Counted from the stretch's first letter, positions 48,537 to 61,955 are shown. The stretch is 64,000 nt of DNA from Alphaproteobacteria bacterium (GCA_964291395.2 OZ219856.1:1664001-1728000); one strand, 5' to 3'. Translations and numbers: made by a program. The notes: generated by a model from the letters alone, not told the origin.

Positions 48537-48974
48537 TCACGCTGCCTCGCCGATGGTCACGGTCACACGCTTCCCCAGCTGGCGCAGAGCGCGATCGAGC
48601 GTGGCGGTCTTGGTGCTGTGTTCAGGATTCAACATCCGCCGCACCTCGCTCTCAGCGATGTCGAGGTCTCTGGCAAGGCGCCGTTGTGATATCCCCGCCC
48701 GGCGCCACGCCTCGTAGAGCGCCGCCTTCAGCGCGATCTGCACCGGTGGAACGACGAGCGGCCGCCCTTTCCCGGCGCACGAAGGCTTGGGCAGATCCCC
48801 GCCCTCCCGGATCGTGGTCGCGATGAGTTCGCGCAGCAGGTCCTTGGCCTCGGCCAGGGCCTCGTCGCGGGTCTCACCGTCCGTCGCACCCCACCCGAAA
48901 TCCGGGAACGCGACCACATACCGGTCGTCCTCGTCGCATGCGATTTCGGCGGGATAGTTGTAGGTGTCAGGCAT
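48537..48974 (-). CDS. hicB: HicB family antitoxin
   Basis: YVVAFPDF...TDGETRDEALAEAKDLL plus a C-terminal HTH. Confidence 0.9.
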   Translation of the reverse strand: MPDTYNYPAEIACDEDDRYVVAFPDFGWGATDGETRDEALAEAKDLLRELIATTIREGGDLPKPSCAGKGRPLVVPPVQIALKAALYEAWRRAGISQRRLARDLDIAESEVRRMLNPEHSTKTATLDRALRQLGKRVTVTIGEAA

Positions 48975-49010
48975 GTCTGCGCCCCTCCGGGGACATATCT
49001 GTCGTTCCGT

Positions 49011-49223
49011 CTAGAATTCGTCCCTGTCGATCCCAAGGTCAGCGAGCATTTTGGTGAGCAGTCCCTTGCCAATCTCTTTTCTGCGGTCCTTGACCGTCGT
49101 TTTGCGATCGCCCGCATAGAGCGTTCCATGCGAGCCGGGGCCTTCGGAGGCCACGAACCGCACCTCCAGATCCCGGCTTCGCGCCCACTTGCGGACCCCT
49201 GCGATGAACTGACGTCCGTTCAT
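49011..49223 (-). CDS. hicA: HicA family toxin
   Basis: G-x-GSH catalytic motif, EIGKGLLTKMLADLGI; upstream of hicB. Confidence 0.85.
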   Translation of the reverse strand: MNGRQFIAGVRKWARSRDLEVRFVASEGPGSHGTLYAGDRKTTVKDRRKEIGKGLLTKMLADLGIDRDEF

Positions 49224-49266
49224 GTCGTCACAATGTGAACCGGAGCCGGTTCCCATCAAGAATAGG

Positions 49267-49286
49267 TGCGCACATTTTTGAACGCA
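49267..49286. promoter_or_regulatory. Imperfect palindrome, candidate HicB operator
   Basis: TGCGCACA-TTTT-TGAACGCA upstream of hicA. Confidence 0.4.
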
Positions 49287-49498
49287 ACAATCCTATTCCG
49301 ATGAGTGCCCGAGACGCCTTCAGCGCCGTGACCAATGCGTCCAGCCCGTGGGGTTCGGTGAGATGACAAGGGCCGTCTCTCCGCTGTCCGAGATCAACCA
49401 CGCGATGGGGCTGTACCAGGCTCCGCTCGCGGTCTCCCGCAGTGGTAGGCAGAAATCAGGTAGTGCTGCCCGGACTCCTACCGGATCGCGGCGTGGCG

Positions 49499-49531
49499 GT
49501 GAAACGGAATGGCTAATAGTGTTTCCGGACC
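49499..49531. repeat. Dispersed motif, copy A (right part only)
   Basis: GTGAAACGGAATGGCTAATAGTGTTTCCGGACC, 28/33 identical to 55322-55354. Confidence 0.75.
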
Positions 49532-49658
49532 CTCGCCGACTTCTGACCAGGGATGGTACTCGCGCACACCGGTCTCACCACACCCGACATCGGACAGCTA
49601 CTCGCTGAGCACTCTGCTCCAGCGTCATGGTCCTGAGAGAAGTGCGCCGGCAGCGAAA

Positions 49659-50027
49659 TCAAGCGGCGTTTTGGGATGGCCCGCTTTCCGCCCCCTCGGC
49701 GAGCCGCCGCGCCTTGAACGCGCCACCCCACTCCTGCATGAGAGTGAGGATCGGCTCGAGCGATCGTCCGAACTCCGTGACCTCGTACTCCACGCGCGGC
49801 GGCACTTCGGCAAAGACATGCCGCGCGACGACGCCATCCGCCTCCAGTTCGCGGAGTTGGAGCGTGATCATGCGCTCCGTCGCGTTCGGAGTGAGGCGAC
49901 GCAACTCGCCGAAGCGCTTGCGCCCACCGAGCAGATGACACACGAGAACCGGCTTCCATCGCCCGCCGATGACGCTCAGCGTCGCTTCCACGTCGCAGCC
50001 GGTCTTCCAGTTGTACTTCCGCGTCAT
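49659..50027 (-). CDS. HxlR family transcriptional regulator
   Basis: C[14 protein letters not shown], [20 protein letters not shown]. Confidence 0.93.
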   Translation of the reverse strand: MTRKYNWKTGCDVEATLSVIGGRWKPVLVCHLLGGRKRFGELRRLTPNATERMITLQLRELEADGVVARHVFAEVPPRVEYEVTEFGRSLEPILTLMQEWGGAFKARRLAEGAESGPSQNAA

Positions 50028-50058
50028 GTCGGGCCCCGAAACGGTCAAGAATGTCCAT

Positions 50059-50078
50059 TACTAACAAAAATGTCAGTA
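50059..50078. promoter_or_regulatory. Candidate HxlR operator
   Basis: TACTAACA-AAAA-TGTCAGTA inverted repeat between the divergent hxlR and oxidoreductase genes. Confidence 0.6.
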
Positions 50079-50146
50079 CTTGTCGATTTCATTGTTTGAA
50101 CGCATTCTTGGTCGCGATCGACCAACACCAACCGACTGGACACAAG

Positions 50147-51163
50147 ATGAAGGCCATAGGCTACACGGACAGAGGTCCGATCTCGGCAGAGACCGCCGCC
50201 GTAGAATTCCAGACGGACAAACCGCGGCCAAGTCCGAATGACCTGCTCGTGGAGGTCCGCGGTATTTCGGTCAACCCCGTCGACGTCAAGGTGCGGGCCA
50301 ACAGGCGGCCGCCGGAAGGGGAGCCGCACATTCTCGGTTTCGACGCCGCCGGGATCGTGAAGGAAGCCGGTGCGGCGACCACCCGGTTCAAGCCGGGCGA
50401 CGAGGTGTTCTACGCCGGCGATGTCACTCGCCCCGGCACCAACGCCCAGTTCCACGCGGTCGATGAACGCATCGTGGGTCGGAAACCCTCATCCCTTGGT
50501 TTCGCCGAAGCCGCCGCGATGCCCCTGACCAGCATCACGGCCTGGGAAATTCTGTTCGACAGCTTTGGGCTGAACGATGGGGAAGGCACGGGGGACTCCC
50601 TGCTCGTGATCGGCGGAGCCGGCGGCGTCGGATCGATTCTCATTCAGTTGGCAAAGAAGCTCGCCGGCCTGACCGTCATCGCCACGGCGTCGCGTCCCGA
50701 CACGCGAGCGTGGGTCGAGAAGATGGGTGCGGATCACGTCGTCAATCATCGCAATCCTCTCGACGAAGAGATGCGGGCTCTGGGCATTGCGCCACGGTAT
50801 GTCGCCGCACTCACGCAAACGGACAAGCACTTTGCGGCGATCGTCGAATTGATCAAGCCGCGCGGCCACATCGCGATGATCGATGATCCTCAGGGCCTCG
50901 ACATTGCCGCCATCAAGCTCAAGGCACTCTCCTTCAGTTGGGAGTTCATGTTCGCTCGCTCGATGTTCCAGACCGAGGACATGGACGTTCAGCACCAATT
51001 GTTGAACCGCGTTGCCGACCTCCTGGACGACGGCACGCTCATTCCGACCGTCAACATGCATGGCGGAGAGATGGGTGTCGCGAGCCTGCGCAGCGCGCTC
51101 GAACTGCAGGAGAGTGGGACGGCGATCGGCAAGACCATCTTGGACGGATTCAGCCAGGCATGA
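50147..51163 (+). CDS. Zinc-binding alcohol dehydrogenase / quinone oxidoreductase family (MDR)
   Basis: [39 protein letters not shown]. Confidence 0.92.
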   Translation: MKAIGYTDRGPISAETAAVEFQTDKPRPSPNDLLVEVRGISVNPVDVKVRANRRPPEGEPHILGFDAAGIVKEAGAATTRFKPGDEVFYAGDVTRPGTNAQFHAVDERIVGRKPSSLGFAEAAAMPLTSITAWEILFDSFGLNDGEGTGDSLLVIGGAGGVGSILIQLAKKLAGLTVIATASRPDTRAWVEKMGADHVVNHRNPLDEEMRALGIAPRYVAALTQTDKHFAAIVELIKPRGHIAMIDDPQGLDIAAIKLKALSFSWEFMFARSMFQTEDMDVQHQLLNRVADLLDDGTLIPTVNMHGGEMGVASLRSALELQESGTAIGKTILDGFSQA

Positions 51164-51209
51164 TGAGGGCCGGCCGTACCGGAACCGCGTCGAGAAAGAG
51201 AGGCCGCGC

Positions 51210-51638
51210 GTGAACGACGAATTCGAAGCCCGCTACGGCGATACGATGAGGCGGATCCGAAGCGGACATTCGGTGGCCGTGACCCTCGACCGCGTGGAGA
51301 CCGCGATCCGCGGGCGGGGCCTCAAGTTCTTCGGCCGCCACGACCACGCCGCCGCTGCCCGAGAGTACGGGCTCGAGTTGCCGCCGACGACGGTGTTCGT
51401 GTTCGGGAACCCGACGCTGGGGACGCCCTCCATGCTCAAGGTTCGCGAGTACGCCATCGAAGCCCCGCCCCGGGGCCTGGTGTATGAGGACGACACGGGA
51501 GATGTGTGGATCGCCTGGAACACGGCGGAATACCTGTTCGGCATCGTCTATCCGCGGCACGGCCTCGAGATGCCCAGGGACGTTTGGGCGGCTTTCAACG
51601 ACGTCGTCAGGGAGGCCTGCGAAGAGGCGGCCGGTTGA
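51210..51638 (+). CDS. DUF302 family protein
   Basis: DHAAAA, LPPTTVFVFGNP-x-x-GTP, LVYED. Confidence 0.85.
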   Translation: MNDEFEARYGDTMRRIRSGHSVAVTLDRVETAIRGRGLKFFGRHDHAAAAREYGLELPPTTVFVFGNPTLGTPSMLKVREYAIEAPPRGLVYEDDTGDVWIAWNTAEYLFGIVYPRHGLEMPRDVWAAFNDVVREACEEAAG

Positions 51639-51796
51639 CTGCGGCCTTTCGGCACCGTCGCAATCACGGAGCGCTATTGCCGAGCTCGTAGAAAACCCGT
51701 TCCGACAATCGACTTGGCCCGGTCAGTGGAGGCAGGTCATTCTCGCCGAACCCGAGCGAAGTAGCAGCCCGCCAAGCGCCAACGGAGGAAACGCAC

Positions 51797-52252
51797 ATGC
51801 CCGGCATCGAAACGGAGTTTCTCTTTCATATCGAGCTCAAAGTCGGTGGGTTCCACTTCATTGGAAACACGCCATATGGCAACCGCCGGGTTGGGTTCGT
51901 CGATGGCGGTACCTTCGAAGGGCCCAAGCTGAAAGGCATCGTTCACGGGGGCAGCGACTGGTTGCTGGTGCGTGGCGACGGCTCGACCCAACTCGACGTC
52001 AGGCTGGTTCTGGAAACCGACGACAACGAGAAGATGTGCTTGAGTTACCCCGGCATGCGCGTCGGCACACAGGACGTGCTTGACCGGCACGTTGCCGGAG
52101 ATCCCGTCGATGCGTCGGAATACTACTTCCGCACACCGATGCAGTTCGAGACCGGTTCGGAGAAGTACGGGTGGCTCAACCGTATTCTTGCAATCGGGAT
52201 CGGCTACCGCTCCGAAATCGGGCCGGCCTATCACGTCCACCAGATTCTCTAG
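51797..52252 (+). CDS. DUF3237 family protein
   Basis: GGTFEGPKLKG, GGSDW, LDVR-x-x-LETDD, YFRT, FETGSEKYGWLN. Confidence 0.9.
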   Translation: MPGIETEFLFHIELKVGGFHFIGNTPYGNRRVGFVDGGTFEGPKLKGIVHGGSDWLLVRGDGSTQLDVRLVLETDDNEKMCLSYPGMRVGTQDVLDRHVAGDPVDASEYYFRTPMQFETGSEKYGWLNRILAIGIGYRSEIGPAYHVHQIL

Positions 52253-52398
52253 AGCCGCATCCGTTCTCGTTGTCGTGAACGCGAGGACGGGGCTCCGACG
52301 GGGCATTGGTCCGGGCCGTCCGTGGCCGCGCTCGGGGCGGAGCGCGCCCAGGTGATTCAGCACGCCCTCATCGAACGCGACAAGCCGAGGAGACGACG

Positions 52399-53181
52399 AT
52401 GACAGACGAGAAACCGCTTGCAGGAAAAACCGCCGTGGTGACCGGTGCCGGGCGCGGCATCGGGCGCTCGATCGCGCTCACCTTCGCGCGCGCCGGCGCC
52501 GACCTCGCGACCTGCTCGCGCACGACCGACGAGCTCGAGGCGACACGCGTGGCAGCCGAGGCCGCGAGGGTCCGCTGTTTCGCCGGTGTGGCGGACCTGA
52601 CCGACCCCGACGCGACCGAGGCTTTCTGTCACGAGGCGCTCACGACGCTCGGGCACGTGGACGTACTGGTCAACAACGCCGGTGCCGAGCTCGAACTCGG
52701 CAAGGTGGCCGAGTCGGACCCTGAGCGGTGGTGGAAAACCGTCGAGCTCAACCTGCGAGGCCCCTACCTCGTCACGCGCCGCCTGCTCGCGGGCCTCGCC
52801 GACGGCGCGAAGATCATCAACATCTCGTCAGGAGCGGGCCTGCGCGCGAGTGACTGGAACAGTTCGTATCACGTCTCGAAAGCCGGGCTGCACAGGCTCA
52901 CCGAGGCGCTCGCCAACGAGCTCTGGCCGCGACGTATCGATGTCAACAACCTGATCCCAGGACCGGTCGCGACGAACATATTCAACCGCGACAACCCGCA
53001 CGATCGCCTCACTCCGGAGGAAGTTCTGGCACGCTTCGCCGACGAACTCCCGCCCGGGTTCCCCCCTTGTGAACGCTTGAAGCACCCGGACGAAGTCGCC
53101 GAGCTGGCGCTGTACATGGCGACGCTGCCGGCCGGGGGTCCCACCGGCCAGACCTTCTCGCTCGCACGCCGCCCGCTCTGA
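52399..53181 (+). CDS. SDR family oxidoreductase
   Basis: TGAGRGIG, NNAG, YHVSK. Confidence 0.92.
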   Translation: MTDEKPLAGKTAVVTGAGRGIGRSIALTFARAGADLATCSRTTDELEATRVAAEAARVRCFAGVADLTDPDATEAFCHEALTTLGHVDVLVNNAGAELELGKVAESDPERWWKTVELNLRGPYLVTRRLLAGLADGAKIINISSGAGLRASDWNSSYHVSKAGLHRLTEALANELWPRRIDVNNLIPGPVATNIFNRDNPHDRLTPEEVLARFADELPPGFPPCERLKHPDEVAELALYMATLPAGGPTGQTFSLARRPL

Positions 53182-53193
53182 GCGGCGGACTCC

Positions 53194-53232
53194 AGCGAGT
53201 CTCGACCCTTTCGTGAAACAGAATGGCTAACA
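53194..53232. repeat. Dispersed motif, copy B (left part only)
   Basis: AGCGAGTCTCGACCCTTTCGTGAAACAGAATGGCTAACA, 37/39 identical to 55303-55341. Confidence 0.85.
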
Positions 53233-53244
53233 TGCCATCCGCGT

Positions 53245-53471
53245 CATACGCTCGTGCGGCGTGCCACCAAGCGTCTCCGGGATACGCAAGGTCGCCTGTC
53301 GGACGAGGAGATCAAGGAATTCAACGATGAGGGGCTATCGACGGCGGAACTGCTGGAGATCATTTCCGTCATCGGCAGGTACGTGACTCGATTTTGACCA
53401 ACAATCTCGCACGGACCGAGATCGATCCGGAGTTCCTCTACGACAGTGACGACCACGACGTCGCGGCCTGA
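53245..53471 (+). pseudogene. C-terminal remnant of a carboxymuconolactone decarboxylase / AhpD-like protein
   Basis: TLVRRATKRLRDTQGRLSDEEIKEFNDEGLSTAELLEIISVIG.../TNNLARTEIDPEF; no start codon, begins just after motif copy B. Confidence 0.55.
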
Positions 53472-53586
53472 AACCGTGCCGGTCCCGATACTTGGGCCTA
53501 CAAGCCATCCTCGCCCGTGTACTTACCGCCCTTGACGGTCTTGAACGTCAGCCCGCCTCGAGCACATTCGAGGGCACTCCATCACC

Positions 53587-54465
53587 TCAGGCTAGTGCGG
53601 CCTGGAACAGGGCCAGCAGCCGGCTCCAGGCCCGTTCCGCCTGCGCTTCGTTGTACACGGCGGAGTCCGGAGGGCACCAGCCGTGCAGGGTCCCCGCGTA
53701 GACTTCGATCTCTGCCGGCAGTCCGGCGGCGGCATAGGCCTCCCGCAGCACGGTCTTGGCCTTCGGGTCCTTCTCGTCGTCGTTCTCGGCAATCGCGAAC
53801 AGATAGTGCGCCTGCATCTTGCCGACGAGCAGATGGGGGCTGTCGGGTGCGTCCGTCACGAGCCGCCCGCCATGGAACGATGCGCCGGCACCGATCCGCT
53901 CAGGGAGTGCCGCCGCGGTGCGCATGGTCATCGAGCCGCCCATGCAGTACCCCATCGTCCCCATCTTGCGGTCGCCGGACACCGCCTCCTGACTGTCGAG
54001 GAAGCCGACGAAGGCCTTCGCGTCCGTCACCGTGGTCTCGGGGCTCAACGAACGCATCAGGGGAAAGATCTTCTTGCGCGTCGCTTCGTCCCGAAACGAG
54101 GCGCCCTCCGGCAGGACCGGCGCCCTCTCGGTGCGGTAGTAGGGATTGACGACCAGCACCGCGTACCCTGACTCGGCCAGCCGCCGGCCCATCTGCTCGA
54201 AGGCGGGCCGCAGACCGAGCGCGTCGGGCCAGATCAGCACGCCGGGATGGGTGCCGCTCGAGGGGTGGACGAAGTGACAGTCCGCCGTGCCGTCCGGTGT
54301 CGATACCTCGACATCGGAGGCCCTCACATCCAGTGCAGCCGCAGACCGCGGCAAGAGCATGGCCAGTCCCGTCCCGACCGACAGCACCCCGAACTTGCGC
54401 CGGGTCAGGCTTCCCGAACGGCGCAGGTAGTCCTCCACGTCACGGAGCGTCGCTTCGTCGCACAT
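53587..54465 (-). CDS. Dienelactone hydrolase family protein with Tat-like signal
   Basis: TRRKFG, GYCMGG, ASFHGG, HGWC. Confidence 0.92.
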   Translation of the reverse strand: MCDEATLRDVEDYLRRSGSLTRRKFGVLSVGTGLAMLLPRSAAALDVRASDVEVSTPDGTADCHFVHPSSGTHPGVLIWPDALGLRPAFEQMGRRLAESGYAVLVVNPYYRTERAPVLPEGASFRDEATRKKIFPLMRSLSPETTVTDAKAFVGFLDSQEAVSGDRKMGTMGYCMGGSMTMRTAAALPERIGAGASFHGGRLVTDAPDSPHLLVGKMQAHYLFAIAENDDEKDPKAKTVLREAYAAAGLPAEIEVYAGTLHGWCPPDSAVYNEAQAERAWSRLLALFQAALA

Positions 54466-54598
54466 GAGTGCCTCCCGTCTCGCTCTGGTTCGCATCGCAG
54501 GCTATCACGATTGCCAGCATCGCCGAAGCGAGAGACGGTGAAGCGACAGCACCGTGCATTTGCAATTGCGGGACCGCTGGGACTATCTCTGCGACGAC

Positions 54599-55129
54599 AT
54601 GGAAGCACTGACCGTTCGTCCGCCGCACGACGCCGACATGGCGGCGGTGACAGCCATTTACGCACACTATGTCGAAGCCGGCACCTCGAGCTTCGAGACC
54701 GTAGCGCCGGATGAGGCCGAAATGCGCCGGCGCTGGCGGTTATTGATCGAGGATCAATACCCCTGCTTTGTTGCCGAGCGCGGCGGCGACGTCTGCGGGT
54801 TCGCCTACGCAGGCCCCTATCGGGTCCGCCCCGCCTACCGCCATACAGTGGAGAACTCCGTGTACGTCGAGCGCGCGGCGAGGCAGGGCGGAATCGGCAC
54901 CGCGCTGCTTCGTGCCTTGATTCAGGCCTGCACGGATCAAGGCTTCCGCCAGATGGTGGCGATCATGGCTGAGTCCGAACACCCTGCGTCGATCCGGCTT
55001 CACCTGGCGGCCGGCTTCGAGATGGTGGGCACCCTCAAGAACGTCGGCTACAAGCACGGGCGCTGGCTCGACACGGTGCTCATGCAGCGAGAACTCGGGG
55101 AGGGCGCGCGTTCCCCACCGGGAATGTGA
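54599..55129 (+). CDS. GNAT N-acetyltransferase (phosphinothricin acetyltransferase-like)
   Basis: SFE, RPAYRHTVENSVYV, GIG, SIRLH, VGYKHGRWLD. Confidence 0.9.
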   Translation: MEALTVRPPHDADMAAVTAIYAHYVEAGTSSFETVAPDEAEMRRRWRLLIEDQYPCFVAERGGDVCGFAYAGPYRVRPAYRHTVENSVYVERAARQGGIGTALLRALIQACTDQGFRQMVAIMAESEHPASIRLHLAAGFEMVGTLKNVGYKHGRWLDTVLMQRELGEGARSPPGM

Positions 55130-55302
55130 CGCGCTTCCGCTCCTTTCCGGAAGAACTTCCCAATGGAGGCGACCGGCGACCATCGATCCCTATCGCCCGA
55201 TGGGTCAGGTATCCACATGACCGCATCGACTCCAAACGGCCGGCATTCGGGTCGGCTTGTTCGGCGTCGCGCCGCATACGTCCGCGGAGGGGTGCCGCTT
55301 CT

Positions 55303-55354
55303 AGCGAATCTCGACCCTTTCGTGAAACAGAATGGCCAACAGCGTTTCAGGACC
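55303..55354. repeat. Dispersed motif, copy C (longest)
   Basis: AGCGAATCTCGACCCTTTCGTGAAACAGAATGGCCAACAGCGTTTCAGGACC, preceded by CT (forming CTAG). Confidence 0.85.
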
Positions 55355-55633
55355 GTCGTGGTCCAATTGGACGTTGGTTGTTCGCCAGGTTCCGGGACGG
55401 TTCCCGACCCTCGCTCGGGTCCTTCCGGCGTTGATTCCAAAAATATGATTCGATTGGAAGATACGGTAGGCTGCAAAGTGATGCCGTCCTGGCGGCGAAA
55501 GGTAGTTCCCACACCAGGGACCGACAAAGGAGAAGAGCGTGGCAGACCGACGGAAGGACGCGTCACACGCCGCCATGCGGAGTGATGAAGAGCCGGCGCC
55601 GGTGCGGGCAAGGAGGCGGAGAACGGCCTCCAG

Positions 55634-57032
55634 ATGCCGCCCCAACTCATGCTCGATCTCGCACGCAAGGCGGCGGAGCTCCTGGTGGCTCGGATCGAGA
55701 GCCTGCCCGGAGAGAATGCCTGGGAGGGAGATTTCCGGGAGGTGCTCGAAGACCGGTTGATGGAGGATCCGCCCGAGGACGGCCGGCCGGCGGAAGAGGT
55801 CCTCGAGCAGGCCGCGCGCGATATCCTTCCGGTCGCGACGCGGCTCGATCATCCGCGTTCCTTCGCGTTCGTTCCGACGGCGCCTACCTGGCCCGGGGTG
55901 CTGGCCGACTTCCTGGCTGCGGGATACAACATCAACGCCTGCACCTGGCTGGTGGCGAGCGGTCCCAGCCAGCTAGAGCTGGTCGTCATCGATTGGTTGC
56001 GACGGTGGCTAGGCTATCCCGAGAGCGCCGGCGGACTTTTCACGAGCGGCGGCTCGGCAGCCAGCGTCGATGCCTTCGTCGCGGCTCGGGAGAGCGCGGG
56101 TCATCCCGAGCGGGCGACCGTGTACATGAGCGACCAGAGCCACAGTGCGCACATCCGTGCGGCCAGGATCATCGGTGTTCGGCCCGAGTGCATACGGCTG
56201 CTTCCGAGCGATGATCGTTTCCGCCTGGACATGGATGCGCTGGCGCGAGCGGTGGCCGAGGATCGCGCCGCCGGGTTCAATCCCATCGCGGTGTGCGCCA
56301 ACGCCGGAGCGTCCAGCACCGGGGCCGTCGACCCGCTCGAGGCGATGTCGGACTACTGCGAGGCGGAGGACATCTGGCTGCATGTCGACGCCGCATATGG
56401 CGGCTTTGCGGCTGTGACCGAGGAAGGCAAGAAACTCCTGCGCGGGATCGAGCGCGCCGATTCGATCGGTCTGGACGCGCACAAATGGTTCTTCCAGCCC
56501 TACGAGGCGGGCGGCCTTCTGGTGAAGGACGCAAGCACGCTCGAGAAGCCGTTCGCGGTTCGGCACGACATCCTCCAGGACACGATATGGGGAGCGGACC
56601 ACCCGAACCTCTCGGACCGGGGCCTGCAGTTGAGCCGCTCGTTTCGGGCCTTGAAAATCTGGATGTCTGTCCAGACCTTCGGGATGGCCGAGTTCCGGCG
56701 AGCCGTGTCACAGGGGATGGAGTTGGCGGACCGGGCCGGGGAGTACGTCCGGGGAAGTCCTGTCCTGGAACTCCTGACCCCCGTATCGCTGGGAATCGTG
56801 TGCTTCCGGGTCAATCCCGCGAACGCCGGCCTCGACGGGAAAACTCTGGACAAGGTCAACAGGACCGTGCTCGCCCACTTATTTTGGGACGACCCCGCGT
56901 TCGTCTCATCGACTCTTCTTCACGGAACGTTTGCGCTCAGGCTCTGCATCCTCAATCACACCACGACTGGGACGACGTGCGCGAGACCCTGGAAGCCGTC
57001 GAGAGTTTCGGGAAAGAGGCTTTGCGCCATAA
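55634..57032 (+). CDS. Group II PLP-dependent decarboxylase (aromatic-L-amino-acid decarboxylase-like); frameshift near the 3' end, end approximate
   Basis: HPRSFAFV, TSGGS, WLHVDAAYGG, DAHKW, LSRSFRALK, IVCFR; frame break near 56966. Confidence 0.87.
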
Positions 57033-57289
57033 CGAACGACGCGGCGCATCCGAAGGGTTCGGCGCAGAACGTCCCTCGTGGCCGGAGCGCGTGTCCGCAT
57101 CCTCGACCGACTCGCAGCCTCGTCCCGTCGCGCACGAAAGCACACGTGCGTACCCGCTGGAATATCGTGGCCCTTGCGCTCACGGCCGGCTACGTCGTGG
57201 GCAGCAGTTCGGCAAGGTACCGACGCTGCAGAACGACGCGCCGCTTCGGCTTCGCCACTCTCACGGTCGCCGCGCCCAAGGTGATCGTC

Positions 57290-57527
57290 GCTCTACTGGG
57301 ACAAACACGACGACCCGGCCCGGAGAAATCCATGAGGCGTCGACGAGCTCTTGCCGGAACCGAAGCCCGCCGGCGTCTCCCGAGTCACGCCGACTTTCGC
57401 GACCGACCTTCCATGAGGGCCTCGAGGACGCCTCGAGGCTCCGACAGAGTCTCGCCCACGGGATCGGGAAACTCCCGAATCGAGTGGAAGGGCAAGGGTT
57501 TCTCATTCCCGATGCCCTTGAGGCGCT
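57290..57527. repeat. Right ~235-bp direct repeat of the island
   Basis: Matches 40136-40367; the aminotransferase stop TGA is CGA in this copy. Confidence 0.92.
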
Positions 57528-58143
57528 CCCGGTACGCGTCCAGACAGGCCTGCCTCCGGACATCGTCGACGCGGGGCACGGCCCACACCACGTTGGGCTC
57601 CAGAAGCTCCAGACCCACGTACTGCAGGGTCCCGACGGTAAGCGGGAAGAGGATGGTCTCCAACGGGCCGAACATCTTGCCTTCGGCGAACCGGGCCTCG
57701 GCGCCTCCGGTGGTCAACGACAAGAGGGCCCGGCGTCCGCGCAGGCGGCCGCTGTCGAAGCGCTCCTGGCGACGGTAGGCCCAACCGAAGGCGAACACGC
57801 GGTCGAACCACCCCTTCAGGATGGCGGGCATGCCGAACCACCAGAGCGGGAACTGAAAGATGACGATCTCGCACCAATAGAGCTTTTCCTGTTCCCCCGC
57901 GATGTCCTCCGCGAACGTCCCGGTCTCCGCCGCGTTGGCCTGTTCCGGCTGGATCCGGAAGACATCGTCCCCGACCGGTGACTTGACGTCGTGAAATCCG
58001 GGGACCGGATTGAACCCCATTTGATGGAGGTCCGAGACGCGCACCTCGTGGCCGGCCTCGCGCAAGGTCTCCCGGGCAATGCGGAACATCTCGCCGTTGT
58101 AGGACGTGGGCTCCGGGTGGGCATAGACGATGAAGACCTTCAC
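57385..58143 (-). CDS. NAD(P)H-dependent (quinone) oxidoreductase, flavodoxin-like fold
   Basis: YAHPEPTSYN, QFPLWWFGMPAILKGWFDRV, TTGG. Confidence 0.92.
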   Translation of the reverse strand: MKVFIVYAHPEPTSYNGEMFRIARETLREAGHEVRVSDLHQMGFNPVPGFHDVKSPVGDDVFRIQPEQANAAETGTFAEDIAGEQEKLYWCEIVIFQFPLWWFGMPAILKGWFDRVFAFGWAYRRQERFDSGRLRGRRALLSLTTGGAEARFAEGKMFGPLETILFPLTVGTLQYVGLELLEPNVVWAVPRVDDVRRQACLDAYRERLKGIGNEKPLPFHSIREFPDPVGETLSEPRGVLEALMEGRSRKSA

Positions 58144-58477
58144 GGCGGCTACTCCCGATCACCGATGTCCGGCCGGACCCTAGGCGGGAGATCGATGGCG
58201 GTCAACGCCACCGCAAGAGCGGCAAGGACGCCGAGGAACGGCTCCCTGCGCACAACCGCTGCCGGTTCGCGGCTCGGGTCGTTGAGGTCCGCCGCGCTTA
58301 CGGCCTCATCATCGACCGGCCCGACCCCAACCCCCACATCAAGGACCGCGTCTCATATCCGTCTGAACGAGGTCACCGAAGGGACGGCCACGCACGGGCG
58401 GGCGCTTTGACGCCACGCATCGCGTGCTGTAGACCGCACCCATCCGCCGCCGACCGAGGCCCGTTTCCGGAGTTCGA

Positions 58478-61898
<3,421 letters not shown>

Positions 61899-61955
61899 GC
61901 ACGCGAGAATGATACAGCGCGGGACCTGGTGTCAGACACCGTGTCCGCTTCCAAT

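Larger units (their letters stand above)
40368..57289. mobile_element. Putative ~17-kb genomic island between long direct repeats, with no integrase gene
   Basis: Flanking duplicated gene ends; cargo of TA genes, IS630 remnant, signalling operon and gene fragments. Confidence 0.6.

Noticed and set aside
49499-55354. True integron or CRISPR array as the explanation for the dispersed motif
   Set aside because: No RYYYAAC/GTTRRRY attC boxes, no intI, and kilobase-scale spacing.
55634-57778. 714-aa decarboxylase with an apparent C-terminal extension
   Set aside because: Read-through caused by a frameshift near 56966; the tail overlaps the repeat and the antisense oxidoreductase gene.
58149-58410. 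Short ORFs between the oxidoreductase and the MFS gene
   Set aside because: No motif or RBS support; probably a divergent promoter region.
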